From a virus (lineage: Duplodnaviria; Caudoviricetes), in IMG/VR virus record IMGVR_UViG_3300005805_000299, positions 1-31,438 of that record: a DNA stretch of 31,438 nucleotides; one strand, given 5' to 3'. Below are positions 10,148-19,355 of the stretch, piece by piece (the stretch's first letter is position 1; every line of letters begins with the position of its first letter). The notes under the pieces were generated by a model. It searched no databases, was not told the origin of the DNA, and saw only the letters and a list, made by a program, of their open reading frames with translations. The position numbers and the translations under genes are program-made.

Positions 10148-12876
10148 TGGATATACTTAAAAAGATTGCAAACTTTATTACAGTTGGCCATAAAGAGGCA
10201 ATAAAGAATATTCTATCCACTACGAAAAAAAATAAACTTGATTTAACACCAAGAGAGTTTGAAAATGAGGCAAAGCGGTTAGCCTTAAAGTTATCAAATA
10301 AGCAAAAGATTTTGTCGCCACTCTATGCAGAAAAAGAAGGCAAGATATCTTCTGCTACGCACAATTCTAATATGGAATCAGTTTATATAGATTTAGTTGC
10401 TATATATAAACAAGCAGATGCTGTTGGCGCTACTAATCTAAAGCAAAAAGATGTAATGTCTGATAGCTTTAATAAAGCAAGAGCTGCTATTTTAAAGCTT
10501 ATTAATGATGCAAGAGTTTTTACGATTAGGAATCGTAATCCAGAGTTTGACGACATCAAACTAGTAAATTTTAATATTTCTAGAAATGTTTCTAATTTTG
10601 CGCCAAGCGCTTTTGTTGATCCAGACTCTAGATTATTAAAGCTTCCACAGATATTAAAAAGAAGAAATCATTTACCAAACAGGGATATTAAAAAGACTGA
10701 TATAAAAGTAGAGTTATATGGAGGTCGTCCTGGACAACTTGGCAAGCAGTTTCCTATAAAAAAGTCAGTGGATGCCCGTCCAGAAACCTTTTGGGCTGAT
10801 ATAATATATTCTGATGTTCCAATTCAGACTACTTATAATAGATGGAGTCCAAATGAAAATGGCTCTATGATTGAGATTGTTAATGGTCCATATGCAGTTG
10901 TAACATTAACATATGGGGCTGCAGAGGCTATCAATCAAATAAAGTTGCTTCCTTTTGCTAGATCTGCAGTAAAAGTACTAGAGATAACATATCGTCCCAA
11001 TTTAAGTTCTAAAATTAAATACCAGATTCCAGGATTTAAAACAGAAGAAACTTTAGATTGGATCGAGTATAATTTTGAAACTATATTTGCATGTGAAATA
11101 GAAATAGTTTTTGCACAAGAAAATTATTCTAATTTAGTTGTTCATGTTCCCAAAGGCATTTTGTATGCGACTGACTTTATGTTACGTTTACAAGATGCAC
11201 GTGCGCAAGAGCTTGCTGAAATACCTAATTCAGAAAATATAGATTTTGGTGGTAATCGTCAGATATATGACGAAGCGATTAAAGATCTATCGAGCATAAT
11301 AACAGAAAAAGAATTAAATTTCATATCTACTACTAAGATAGATGTTGCTGGAAAAACTATACTTTCTATTGGTGAAACTCTTTCTTCTTTAAATCAAGAG
11401 ACAGATAAGTTATTAGAAGACGTTAGTGCTTTTACTAATGCCTTACCAAAAGATATTGCCAACGAAATTGAAGTCATAAATAAAACAGAGTATTTAATTG
11501 GCGCAAGAGAGATTGAAACTAATTATATTGTATACAGTCCTGTTGCTTACTATGAGTCTGAAAAATTTGAACCTGCAGCGACAGTCTCAAATGTAGAGAT
11601 TGAAGTAGATGAGCATCATCCATCATTTAAATCTCCTTATGGTGAATTTTATAAAACCTCTACCGAATGGGAAGTAGAATTTGCTGATGATAGAAAAGTT
11701 CCTATTTTCCCTAAAAACCTAGAAGAAAATGGACTTTTAAAAGTAAAATCTGAACGTCTCTTTATCGAGAGCGCAGGATTTTATGCCTATACTAGATTTA
11801 GATCTTATACATCTTGGGCTCAAGTTCGTGAAAACGACTCTATACTTATCGCCAATGTAGATTATAGCATTGTATGGAACTCAGACTACAATGGCAGGCT
11901 ACAGATACAGATCAACAAAGATAGATATGATCTTGGCAAAATCTATACAGTAGACTATTATGCACATCCATCTTCTAAGTCTATAGATGCCATATCATTA
12001 TTTACTGATAAGTCATTAGCAATTCCAGATTCTTTTAATGGCACTAAGTCTAATAATAGCGTTAAGCTTTTAAATTTCCCGTATATTAATTATAATATAA
12101 TTAATGCAGACGTTTTTGAGTATAACAATGAGCTTAATAGCTATCAATATAATACACCAGCGCCATCGTTTACAAGTGGCTTTTTAAGGCTATATCCTGA
12201 ATGGACTAATAGCAATGGAGAAACAATAACCGGGATTACTGGATACAACTTGACCGGGTCTGGTATCAGCCCGGGTATTGATTATGTAGCTGGTTTGTCT
12301 ATTGAGTATTCGGTAGAACCTTATTCTTATTACGTTACATTAAGTGGATTACCTGGCCTATCTTATAAGTTAGACGGCTATACACAAGACTTGCTTTTGC
12401 TATCTGAAACGCCAAGACTATATACGGGCTTAATTGGCAATGAAATCCCTACATCATATTTTTCTGGTAACTTTACAGGGACTCCTCCTTCTGGGTTTAT
12501 AACAATACCTTATTCAATAGATGTTGCCTATATAGATGGAGACCAAATTTTTGCTGGCTCTAATCTACTTTATTCTCCTTTAGATGTTACAGTAGGCGGC
12601 AAACAAGCAAAAAATATTACATCATATCAAAATCTAGAGCAGCCAGCTTTCAATGTTGCAAATACAAAAGATGGGGAATACGAATACGTTCAGGATGGAA
12701 ATATACTTTATTTTAATCAGCCTGTTGATGAAAGTAAAGAAATAAAAGCAAACTACCGTTGGATGACACAATATGTAAAAGTCAATTGTACTCTTCGTGC
12801 TAATAAAGCGATTAGTCCAACTATTACACCAACGGTAAATGAATATAGATTACTACTTAATACAACTATATTATAA
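10147..12876 (+). CDS. Putative baseplate/tail protein, paralogue 1 (N-terminal helical region, discoidin-like domain, C-terminal TPxVxxYxL strand)
   Basis: 909 aa. Motifs [39 protein letters not shown] and [10 protein letters not shown] are shared with downstream ORFs. Confidence 0.65.
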   Translation: MDILKKIANFITVGHKEAIKNILSTTKKNKLDLTPREFENEAKRLALKLSNKQKILSPLYAEKEGKISSATHNSNMESVYIDLVAIYKQADAVGATNLKQKDVMSDSFNKARAAILKLINDARVFTIRNRNPEFDDIKLVNFNISRNVSNFAPSAFVDPDSRLLKLPQILKRRNHLPNRDIKKTDIKVELYGGRPGQLGKQFPIKKSVDARPETFWADIIYSDVPIQTTYNRWSPNENGSMIEIVNGPYAVVTLTYGAAEAINQIKLLPFARSAVKVLEITYRPNLSSKIKYQIPGFKTEETLDWIEYNFETIFACEIEIVFAQENYSNLVVHVPKGILYATDFMLRLQDARAQELAEIPNSENIDFGGNRQIYDEAIKDLSSIITEKELNFISTTKIDVAGKTILSIGETLSSLNQETDKLLEDVSAFTNALPKDIANEIEVINKTEYLIGAREIETNYIVYSPVAYYESEKFEPAATVSNVEIEVDEHHPSFKSPYGEFYKTSTEWEVEFADDRKVPIFPKNLEENGLLKVKSERLFIESAGFYAYTRFRSYTSWAQVRENDSILIANVDYSIVWNSDYNGRLQIQINKDRYDLGKIYTVDYYAHPSSKSIDAISLFTDKSLAIPDSFNGTKSNNSVKLLNFPYINYNIINADVFEYNNELNSYQYNTPAPSFTSGFLRLYPEWTNSNGETITGITGYNLTGSGISPGIDYVAGLSIEYSVEPYSYYVTLSGLPGLSYKLDGYTQDLLLLSETPRLYTGLIGNEIPTSYFSGNFTGTPPSGFITIPYSIDVAYIDGDQIFAGSNLLYSPLDVTVGGKQAKNITSYQNLEQPAFNVANTKDGEYEYVQDGNILYFNQPVDESKEIKANYRWMTQYVKVNCTLRANKAISPTITPTVNEYRLLLNTTIL

Positions 12877-12880
12877 TAAT

Positions 12881-13024
12881 ATGCCACTAAAAAAAGGTTC
12901 TTCGCAAAAAACTATTAGCAAAAATATTGAATTACTAAGGAACGAAGGATATAAGCAGCAGCAAGCAATTGCTATTGCCTTAAGCCAAGCCGGTAAATCT
13001 AAGAAAAAGAAGAAAAAGAAATGA
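12881..13024 (+). CDS. Small basic phage protein (MPLKKG.S...IS.NI...QAIAIALS family)
   Basis: 47 aa from ATG 12881; the track start at 12839 lies inside the upstream gene. Recognisable widespread phage motif, poly-Lys tail, ATGA overlap with the next gene. Confidence 0.85.
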   Translation: MPLKKGSSQKTISKNIELLRNEGYKQQQAIAIALSQAGKSKKKKKKK

Positions 13025-14562
13025 GCGATTTATTCTCAGTAGTAGAGATTAGTAGAACAGATGCTGATAAAATTCAGCATCATTTAAATAAAATTAAACA
13101 AACTCAAGCTGTGTCTTCTGATGCTATTGAGGCTGTTAACTCTGCTTCTGTAGAATTTACTAAATTTTTTAGTAATTATGGTCAGCCATATTTTTCTGCT
13201 CATAAATTAAGATTAAACGATACTCCAAGATCTTCTCTTTATAATGAGAATTTAAACACTTTAAATGATGACATTTCTAGGGCCTACGTGTCTTTAGAGT
13301 CTGCCAATAATTCGACAATCAATGCTTTTAATTTTGCGTCTATCGTCTCTGATGAGATCAAAAACACAGCGGATTTAGCAGCATCTAAAGTTCTTGATTT
13401 AAATATATTAAATGGCTATACTAAAGGTCAGGTTATTATAGCTGGTGACGACTTTGCAGACAACAGCAAACTAGATATTAGTGCTGCTGTAGGATCTAGT
13501 CAGGCAGACCAGCTGCTAGGGTCTAAAGCTTATGGACTTAGTGTAATTGACAGTAAAACAATATCTAACGAAAACATAAAAGTTTCAGTTTTTCCTTTGA
13601 AGCCAGTATCTTCTTCTGGCGGTACTGTTAACACATCTCCTACTCCTTTTAATTTACAAAGATTTTATGAAGGCAAATTCTATGCTTTTATAGGTCAGCA
13701 AGACCCAGAAGGTGGTCAACTACAGTTTAAGTATACAGTAAGCCCTTCTGTTTTGCCAGAAAAGGTTAGCGAAACATACGTTAATGGGGTCAAAGTAGGA
13801 CAATCAAATAGTTCTGCACCAGGTTCTCAGGATAACTTATCCATTGCGGATGCTAAGAATACTCCAAATTTTTTCGCAGTTGTTCCTGCTTCTGAAGAAC
13901 TTAAAAATAACATTAGACTTAAAATGTTTGACAATAACCCTGATACATATTGGCAATGTGAATATGTATATGAGACTGAACCTTTAATAGATCCTTATGC
14001 TTCTAGCAGTGAAGATTTTGAAAAATTTAGAGCTGAAGGTAAAGATACAGATTTAGCTCCTGTATTGGAAGGTTCTCAGGTTACTATTGATCTGAAAGCA
14101 GCTGAAGAATTAGCCCAAAAATATGACTATACAGGTCGTGATCTTGAAATAATTATGGACATTGATCTTGGGTCAATCACTCCAATAAACTATATTTTAA
14201 TTAATCCTATAGTTGCAGGAACTTCTTCGTTTGTTAAGATCCTTGATCTTGCTACAGCAGATGGCTCTAGTGACTTTTCTACAGTAGATGGATTTGATTC
14301 TCAATCTTTTGACAAGGTGCTTACTCCAGAAGCTAATAAATTTTTAGATAAAGAAACTCAGGCTAAATCTATGGCTCCTAGTGCTTTTTCGTATGGCGGT
14401 TTAGGAGTATTTAGTTTCCCTGTTAGGTTTGCTTCTAAGGTAAGAATTAGAATGTCTGCTGAAGAGCCAGTTCCAGCTCCTTACGAGCGTATGCATATAC
14501 TTGTCCAAGAAGAAACTAAGCTTACTACAGTAAACAAGTCAAAGAAAAAAGGCTTATTTTAA
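13021..14562 (+). CDS. Putative baseplate/tail protein, N-terminal part of split paralogue 2
   Basis: 513 aa. Has [23 protein letters not shown] and INYILINP, but lacks the family C-terminal motifs. Ends KSKKKGLF. Confidence 0.7.
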   Translation: MSDLFSVVEISRTDADKIQHHLNKIKQTQAVSSDAIEAVNSASVEFTKFFSNYGQPYFSAHKLRLNDTPRSSLYNENLNTLNDDISRAYVSLESANNSTINAFNFASIVSDEIKNTADLAASKVLDLNILNGYTKGQVIIAGDDFADNSKLDISAAVGSSQADQLLGSKAYGLSVIDSKTISNENIKVSVFPLKPVSSSGGTVNTSPTPFNLQRFYEGKFYAFIGQQDPEGGQLQFKYTVSPSVLPEKVSETYVNGVKVGQSNSSAPGSQDNLSIADAKNTPNFFAVVPASEELKNNIRLKMFDNNPDTYWQCEYVYETEPLIDPYASSSEDFEKFRAEGKDTDLAPVLEGSQVTIDLKAAEELAQKYDYTGRDLEIIMDIDLGSITPINYILINPIVAGTSSFVKILDLATADGSSDFSTVDGFDSQSFDKVLTPEANKFLDKETQAKSMAPSAFSYGGLGVFSFPVRFASKVRIRMSAEEPVPAPYERMHILVQEETKLTTVNKSKKKGLF

Positions 14563-14580
14563 TACTAAAGGTATTTAACT

Positions 14581-15330
14581 ATGGGCAGTAAAAAGAAGAA
14601 GAAAACAATTGTAACTAAAACTTTGATAACTAACGTTATAAAGTTAAGCTATTTGCAGACATTAGCTTTAACACAAGGGTTATTGCAGACTTCTGATTTA
14701 GAAAAAGAAGGGTTTTCTAAAAACATTTCTAAAAGCAGTTCTTCTAGTAGTACATTAGAAAATGTAGTAGATCCTTTAGGTGTTCTTGGCATAGGAAAAA
14801 AGAAAAAAAGCTCTAGCACGGTTCTAGAAAGCAATGGTGTAAAAGTAAAAGAGCAGTGGCTTCAGCCATACTTTGATAGAATTAGATATACTATTGGAAT
14901 AAGAGAACTCTCTATTGCTCAGTACGTTTTTGCAGAACGGTCTGAGCTTGTATCTGTTCCTTTTGGCTCTCCAAAAGAAGTAATAAAGGTGCATATTATA
15001 GTAGATGAGTACATTCCATCTAGCTTTGATTCAGCAGTAAATTGGATTAAATACTATATTAAGTCTGAAGGATCCGAAGAATGGATAGAGGTTTGTCCTT
15101 TAAACCTTCCAAGTAGATTTAATGATACTGGCGAAATTATACCAAAGATAGTAAATTTTAATTTACCAAAGCCAGCTATTGTTGCTACGGAAAACAAATA
15201 TAATTATACACCTGCTCCTGTTCAGGGTTTACGTTTTAAAGCAGTTTTAACTAGGCCGACCGGTGATGCTTATAATGCTATAAGTCCACTGATAAAATCA
15301 TACAGGATGATTATGACGCCTCGCAATTAA
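14581..15330 (+). CDS. Putative baseplate/tail protein, C-terminal part of split paralogue 2
   Basis: 249 aa, same frame as 13021-14562. Carries YTIGIRELSI, VSVPF, VDEYIP and SPLIKSYRMI, the motifs missing from the upstream ORF. AAAGG lies upstream of the ATG. Confidence 0.7.
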   Translation: MGSKKKKKTIVTKTLITNVIKLSYLQTLALTQGLLQTSDLEKEGFSKNISKSSSSSSTLENVVDPLGVLGIGKKKKSSSTVLESNGVKVKEQWLQPYFDRIRYTIGIRELSIAQYVFAERSELVSVPFGSPKEVIKVHIIVDEYIPSSFDSAVNWIKYYIKSEGSEEWIEVCPLNLPSRFNDTGEIIPKIVNFNLPKPAIVATENKYNYTPAPVQGLRFKAVLTRPTGDAYNAISPLIKSYRMIMTPRN

Positions 15331-15342
15331 GGATAAAATATT

Positions 15343-15444
15343 ATGATGAAAAAATCAACTTCTAAGTCAGGCAAAGGCAAAAAAATGACAGGCAAGAAGA
15401 CTATGTCTTCAAAGGCTATGTCAAAAATGCCTAAAGGTAAGTGA
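15343..15444 (+). CDS. 33-aa Lys/Met/Ser-rich basic peptide (not in the ORF track)
   Basis: Translated by hand: MMKKSTSKSGKGKKMTGKKTMSSKAMSKMPKGK. AAGGA at 15329-15333. Fills the gap between two genes. 12 Lys, no acidic residues. Confidence 0.75.
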   Translation: MMKKSTSKSGKGKKMTGKKTMSSKAMSKMPKGK

Positions 15445-15452
15445 GGCAAGTA

Positions 15453-15665
15453 ATGGACTTTAACGATAAAAAGTTAAATGCCAAAGAGCGCAAAAAATTG
15501 CGTAAATCGCAATTTGCTGGGCCAGGAAGATCATATCCAATTCCTGATATAAAGCATGCTCGTGCAGCATTGTCAATGTTGCATAATGCTCCAGCGTCTC
15601 AACAAGCTTCAATAAAAGCAAAGGTATATAAAAAATATCCGGAGCTTAAAAAAGGGAAGAAATGA
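15453..15665 (+). CDS. Small basic phage protein, DUF6582-like
   Basis: 70 aa from ATG 15453 (GAGG at 15443-15446). Motif R..L..SQFA.P.RSYPIPD..HARAAL. ATGA overlap with the next gene. Confidence 0.75.
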   Translation: MDFNDKKLNAKERKKLRKSQFAGPGRSYPIPDIKHARAALSMLHNAPASQQASIKAKVYKKYPELKKGKK

Positions 15666-18640
15666 CAATTGCTCTTCGTCAATACCGAGAAATTTACAAT
15701 AAATATCTTCTTTTATTTTTAAAAGAAGGTCGTATTCCAAGTCTTGATGAAGTTGTGGCAAGAGCAGGCTCTGATCTACCTAACGTAGATCAACCTGCTG
15801 TGCCTTTATATTCGTATATTCCACAAGCGTCTAATAGCATATTTGATATACATTTATATAATAAGGCTATTGACAATATCTTATTAGATCTTAAGATTGT
15901 ATTTGCTGAGCTTAGTGAAGTAGAGCTAAGCAATATACAGAGAATATTGCATGCCAATTTATTTCATAGTGTTCATTCATATGAACTAAATAGACTTAAT
16001 AGTCAATTAGACGCTTTACTGTTTTCTCTCCAAGGTGCAGAAGATAACTTTTTTTCTTCCTTTGAAAATTTTGGAGATACATCTAAAACAGATGTAGTTT
16101 TATCTACTAATGGTATTGTTGATACCTATGAAGGATGTCTTTCGTTACCTATTGGGGGCAAAGGCACATTCAAAATTGATACAAGTTCTTTATATGCAAT
16201 ATCGGATATAAAGGTTAATGTAGTTTCTGGTAATGGCAAGATTACAAATACATTACCTGGAGCCAAGTTTGGAGATATTTTTAGAGATACTCAAAAGCCT
16301 TGGGGCATAATAATTGATTCTGATACTCCAGGTTTATGCGAAATTAGTTTTACGTTTGCTATCTCAAGAGAAGAATTTATAAATAGAATCACACTTTTGC
16401 ATCATGGCGTTAAGCCGCAGAGTGTTTTCATTTCAACAAGTGTTGATAATGTAAACTATAAAGACATATTAGAATATTCTAGTGGCGTTCTTTTAGAAGA
16501 TCAGTCCAAGATTGTTTCAATGGACTTTGATGATCGATTAGTAGAATATGTACGGATTAGATTAACAAAGCCACAGTATGATTTAGCGTTAACAGATCAG
16601 GACACTAATCAGCAGATATATCGGTACATTTTTGCTTTAAAGAATATCAGTCTATATTCTACTGGCAGAATTACATCTGGAACTTATGTTTCAAAGCCGT
16701 TTGATTTCAGTGCAGACGTACCATCAATTTCTAGGTTAGCAATATCAGCTAATGAAAAAATTCCAGATGATACAACAGTGGATTGGTATATTGGGCTTGT
16801 AGATCAGTCTGGAACTCAAATTGGCAACTATATGTTTATTACGCCAGAGTCTAGATTAACTAGCTCGGGTCCTCCAAAAGTCTTAACATTACAGGACACT
16901 GTAACAGATAGTACTTATATTGTAAGTACAAATACATCTTATATAAATGTATTTGATTATAACAATATAGACTATTATAGTATAGTTACTTTAGATGAAA
17001 AGCCAATTTTTGGTACTTCTAAGCTTTATCGTGGTCAGAGAGCTTGGTTAAAAGACAGTAAGGGAATTTTTAATCTCATAACTGTAAATGACAATTTTAT
17101 TGCTTTTTCTAAAGGAAATACTCAAAAACTTTATAAGATTACACAAGAAGTTTCTACTATAAAAGCTATTGGTGGAATTTCATCTCAAAAAGTTTTACTA
17201 CTTTCTAATAGTCCGCTATACACTGAAAATGGTCCTTACACATTAGCTCCTGGACAAGGAGTAAACGTCGATAAGGATACTGCTCCTATATATGCTATAT
17301 TTAGTGTAACATTAGCATCTGGCTCTATGGCTAAAGAAAAACTAAATGTAAGCTTTGCTGCAAGCTCTAGCATTGATCTTGGCCAACCAAATATAAAGTA
17401 TGAACAGTCGTCAGATATAATTATTGATGAAATAGCTATTGCACCATTTGGATCTACACCTGCAGGTACAATATTACGACAGTTTAGAGATGGTATAGAT
17501 TATATTGTAGAACTAGGGCCTGACAGTAAGCCAACTGGAATTATTTATGCTACGCAAAATAGTCCATTAAATACTGATCCTGCAAATACAGCTGAAGTTA
17601 ATTATAGAGTTAGATATTCAACAGACGCGGATATAACAAGATTTGTTAGCAATGTTGTCAACAATCAACTTTATTTGACAATAGATTCTACTTCTCAAAG
17701 TTTTTTAATAGAAGAGCAGGCTATTGTAAAGTATCGTTATGTTCCACTTGATGTTGTTAAATCTTCCATTAAAGTGAAATCGGGTTTTGGAACTTCATCT
17801 GAAATGGTATTTAAGCAAGGATCAGATTATATCTTTGATAGTGATACCTCTACGATACAAAGACTAAGTACAGGCAAAATACTACAGGATCAGGATGTAT
17901 ATGTAGATTATCAATATAATGATAACGCTAATGGCCTGCAGCAATATTTTATTTGGGCATACGTTTCTAATAATGAAGGTTTAACTATTAAACCACAGTT
18001 GAAATCTTCTGATACTTTAATATCAACAAAAACAATCCTAACTCCAAATACAGACTTAGGAGAACAGCTTTATGCCAATATACAAGGACTTGGTTTAATC
18101 AAGCTTACAGAAGCTACTGAATGGCCTAAAATGAAGGGCTGGGTCCAATTTGTAGTAAGATCTGTTTCTCCAGAAAGTCTTACCACAAGCAGTCTGACAG
18201 CGTTTATAGATCAAGTCATTAAACTGAAAGATAGAGACGGTCAGTTTATATTTGTTTCTGGTGGAAAATATTTCAAAGAGTTAGCAGCTTATAGAGAGCC
18301 AATGACCCAAGTTTCTTTGCCATTTTTAAAGACTAACGTCCTAAAAAATGATAGAAATTATTTTGCTATACAAGAAGTATCTGGACTTGACGGTAAGAGT
18401 TATAACATTGTTATAAACTTTGAGCCTGGAGCTACAGATGATCTTTACTTGTATTCTGTAGATACCAATACAAACCAGATAATTAAAAACTCTGAAGAGT
18501 GGAAACTAGATTGGTCTTCTAGCGAAGTTGATGCGGATTTCAAAAAAGTTATAGTTAAAGCTATACTTAATAGAAAGTCTACTGCAAATGGCAATAAAAC
18601 ACCAAAGGTATACAGTTATTATTTAAAAGTGAGCTATTAA
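15662..18640 (+). CDS. Putative baseplate/tail protein, paralogue 3
   Basis: 992 aa. Motifs LYN..DLKIVF, IVDTYEGCLSLP, INRITLL, YIFALKNI, YVSKPF, ANEKIP, internal G.DY...VYVDY.Y beta modules, and C-terminal TPKVYSYYLK. Confidence 0.65.
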   Translation: MTIALRQYREIYNKYLLLFLKEGRIPSLDEVVARAGSDLPNVDQPAVPLYSYIPQASNSIFDIHLYNKAIDNILLDLKIVFAELSEVELSNIQRILHANLFHSVHSYELNRLNSQLDALLFSLQGAEDNFFSSFENFGDTSKTDVVLSTNGIVDTYEGCLSLPIGGKGTFKIDTSSLYAISDIKVNVVSGNGKITNTLPGAKFGDIFRDTQKPWGIIIDSDTPGLCEISFTFAISREEFINRITLLHHGVKPQSVFISTSVDNVNYKDILEYSSGVLLEDQSKIVSMDFDDRLVEYVRIRLTKPQYDLALTDQDTNQQIYRYIFALKNISLYSTGRITSGTYVSKPFDFSADVPSISRLAISANEKIPDDTTVDWYIGLVDQSGTQIGNYMFITPESRLTSSGPPKVLTLQDTVTDSTYIVSTNTSYINVFDYNNIDYYSIVTLDEKPIFGTSKLYRGQRAWLKDSKGIFNLITVNDNFIAFSKGNTQKLYKITQEVSTIKAIGGISSQKVLLLSNSPLYTENGPYTLAPGQGVNVDKDTAPIYAIFSVTLASGSMAKEKLNVSFAASSSIDLGQPNIKYEQSSDIIIDEIAIAPFGSTPAGTILRQFRDGIDYIVELGPDSKPTGIIYATQNSPLNTDPANTAEVNYRVRYSTDADITRFVSNVVNNQLYLTIDSTSQSFLIEEQAIVKYRYVPLDVVKSSIKVKSGFGTSSEMVFKQGSDYIFDSDTSTIQRLSTGKILQDQDVYVDYQYNDNANGLQQYFIWAYVSNNEGLTIKPQLKSSDTLISTKTILTPNTDLGEQLYANIQGLGLIKLTEATEWPKMKGWVQFVVRSVSPESLTTSSLTAFIDQVIKLKDRDGQFIFVSGGKYFKELAAYREPMTQVSLPFLKTNVLKNDRNYFAIQEVSGLDGKSYNIVINFEPGATDDLYLYSVDTNTNQIIKNSEEWKLDWSSSEVDADFKKVIVKAILNRKSTANGNKTPKVYSYYLKVSY

Positions 18641-18641
18641 A

Positions 18642-19337
18642 ATGAATATTAAATATGCAATATTTGGTCTGATACTAGCCTCTGTTTTGGTGCTTCCTGC
18701 ATGTGAGGCTGTTCCACCACAACAGGTTATTGTTTCTAAAGCAGACTTGAAAGAGAATGTTATTACTACTCCTGGGCCTAAGCAGCAAGCGGCTCCTATT
18801 GTAATTGATGCTATTCCCAGCGAAAAGATAAAAGAAACGCTAAAGAAGAATTTCCCTGGTCAGGATACTGTTTATTTAACTCAAATAGACTTTGTAAAAC
18901 CTACTAAGATAGTAGAAGATAATCCTACTACACCAGAAAATGAATACTTGCTTGATTCTTATCAACCAATAGTAGTTCCTATTACTCCTCCTGCTACTGA
19001 AGAAGGCAAGCCTGATTTAATGGGATGGCTAGAGCAGGCAATTCCTGCTATTACTAGCGTCCTTCCTGTTGGCGCTGGACCTTGGGTCCCACTGGCTGGA
19101 TATTTAATTGGATTACTAGGATACAAAAGATCACGCAAACATTTAGCAAATGCCGCTAAAGCGTTAAACCCCTTTGATGGTGCTAATGTAGACCTTGGCG
19201 AAGCTAAGGACAGCATTAAGAAAGCTCTTGGATGGGAGCATACAGTAGCTACCCCGGAAGAACTAAGAGCAATTGCTGATAAGTTAGAAGCAGATCAAAA
19301 GGCAAAGGAAAAGTTTGATTCTGTTGTCACTAAATGA
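18642..19337 (+). CDS. Putative lipoprotein with a second membrane segment (possible unimolecular spanin-like protein)
   Basis: Signal MNIKYAIFGLILASVLVLPA-C21 (atypical lipobox LPAC), Pro-rich linker, uncharged residues 133-161 followed by KRSRK. Confidence 0.55.
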   Translation: MNIKYAIFGLILASVLVLPACEAVPPQQVIVSKADLKENVITTPGPKQQAAPIVIDAIPSEKIKETLKKNFPGQDTVYLTQIDFVKPTKIVEDNPTTPENEYLLDSYQPIVVPITPPATEEGKPDLMGWLEQAIPAITSVLPVGAGPWVPLAGYLIGLLGYKRSRKHLANAAKALNPFDGANVDLGEAKDSIKKALGWEHTVATPEELRAIADKLEADQKAKEKFDSVVTK

Positions 19338-19355
19338 ACCATTTAAGAGGACCCA

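Noticed and set aside
12839-12880. ORF-track starts at 12839 and 15441
   Set aside because: They overlap upstream genes; the family motif or RBS position favours ATG 12881 and ATG 15453.
14560-14583. Stop-codon reassignment or a pseudogene explaining the split gene
   Set aside because: TAA, TGA and TAG all end tightly packed genes elsewhere, both parts are otherwise intact, and the spacer has an RBS-like motif and an ATG.
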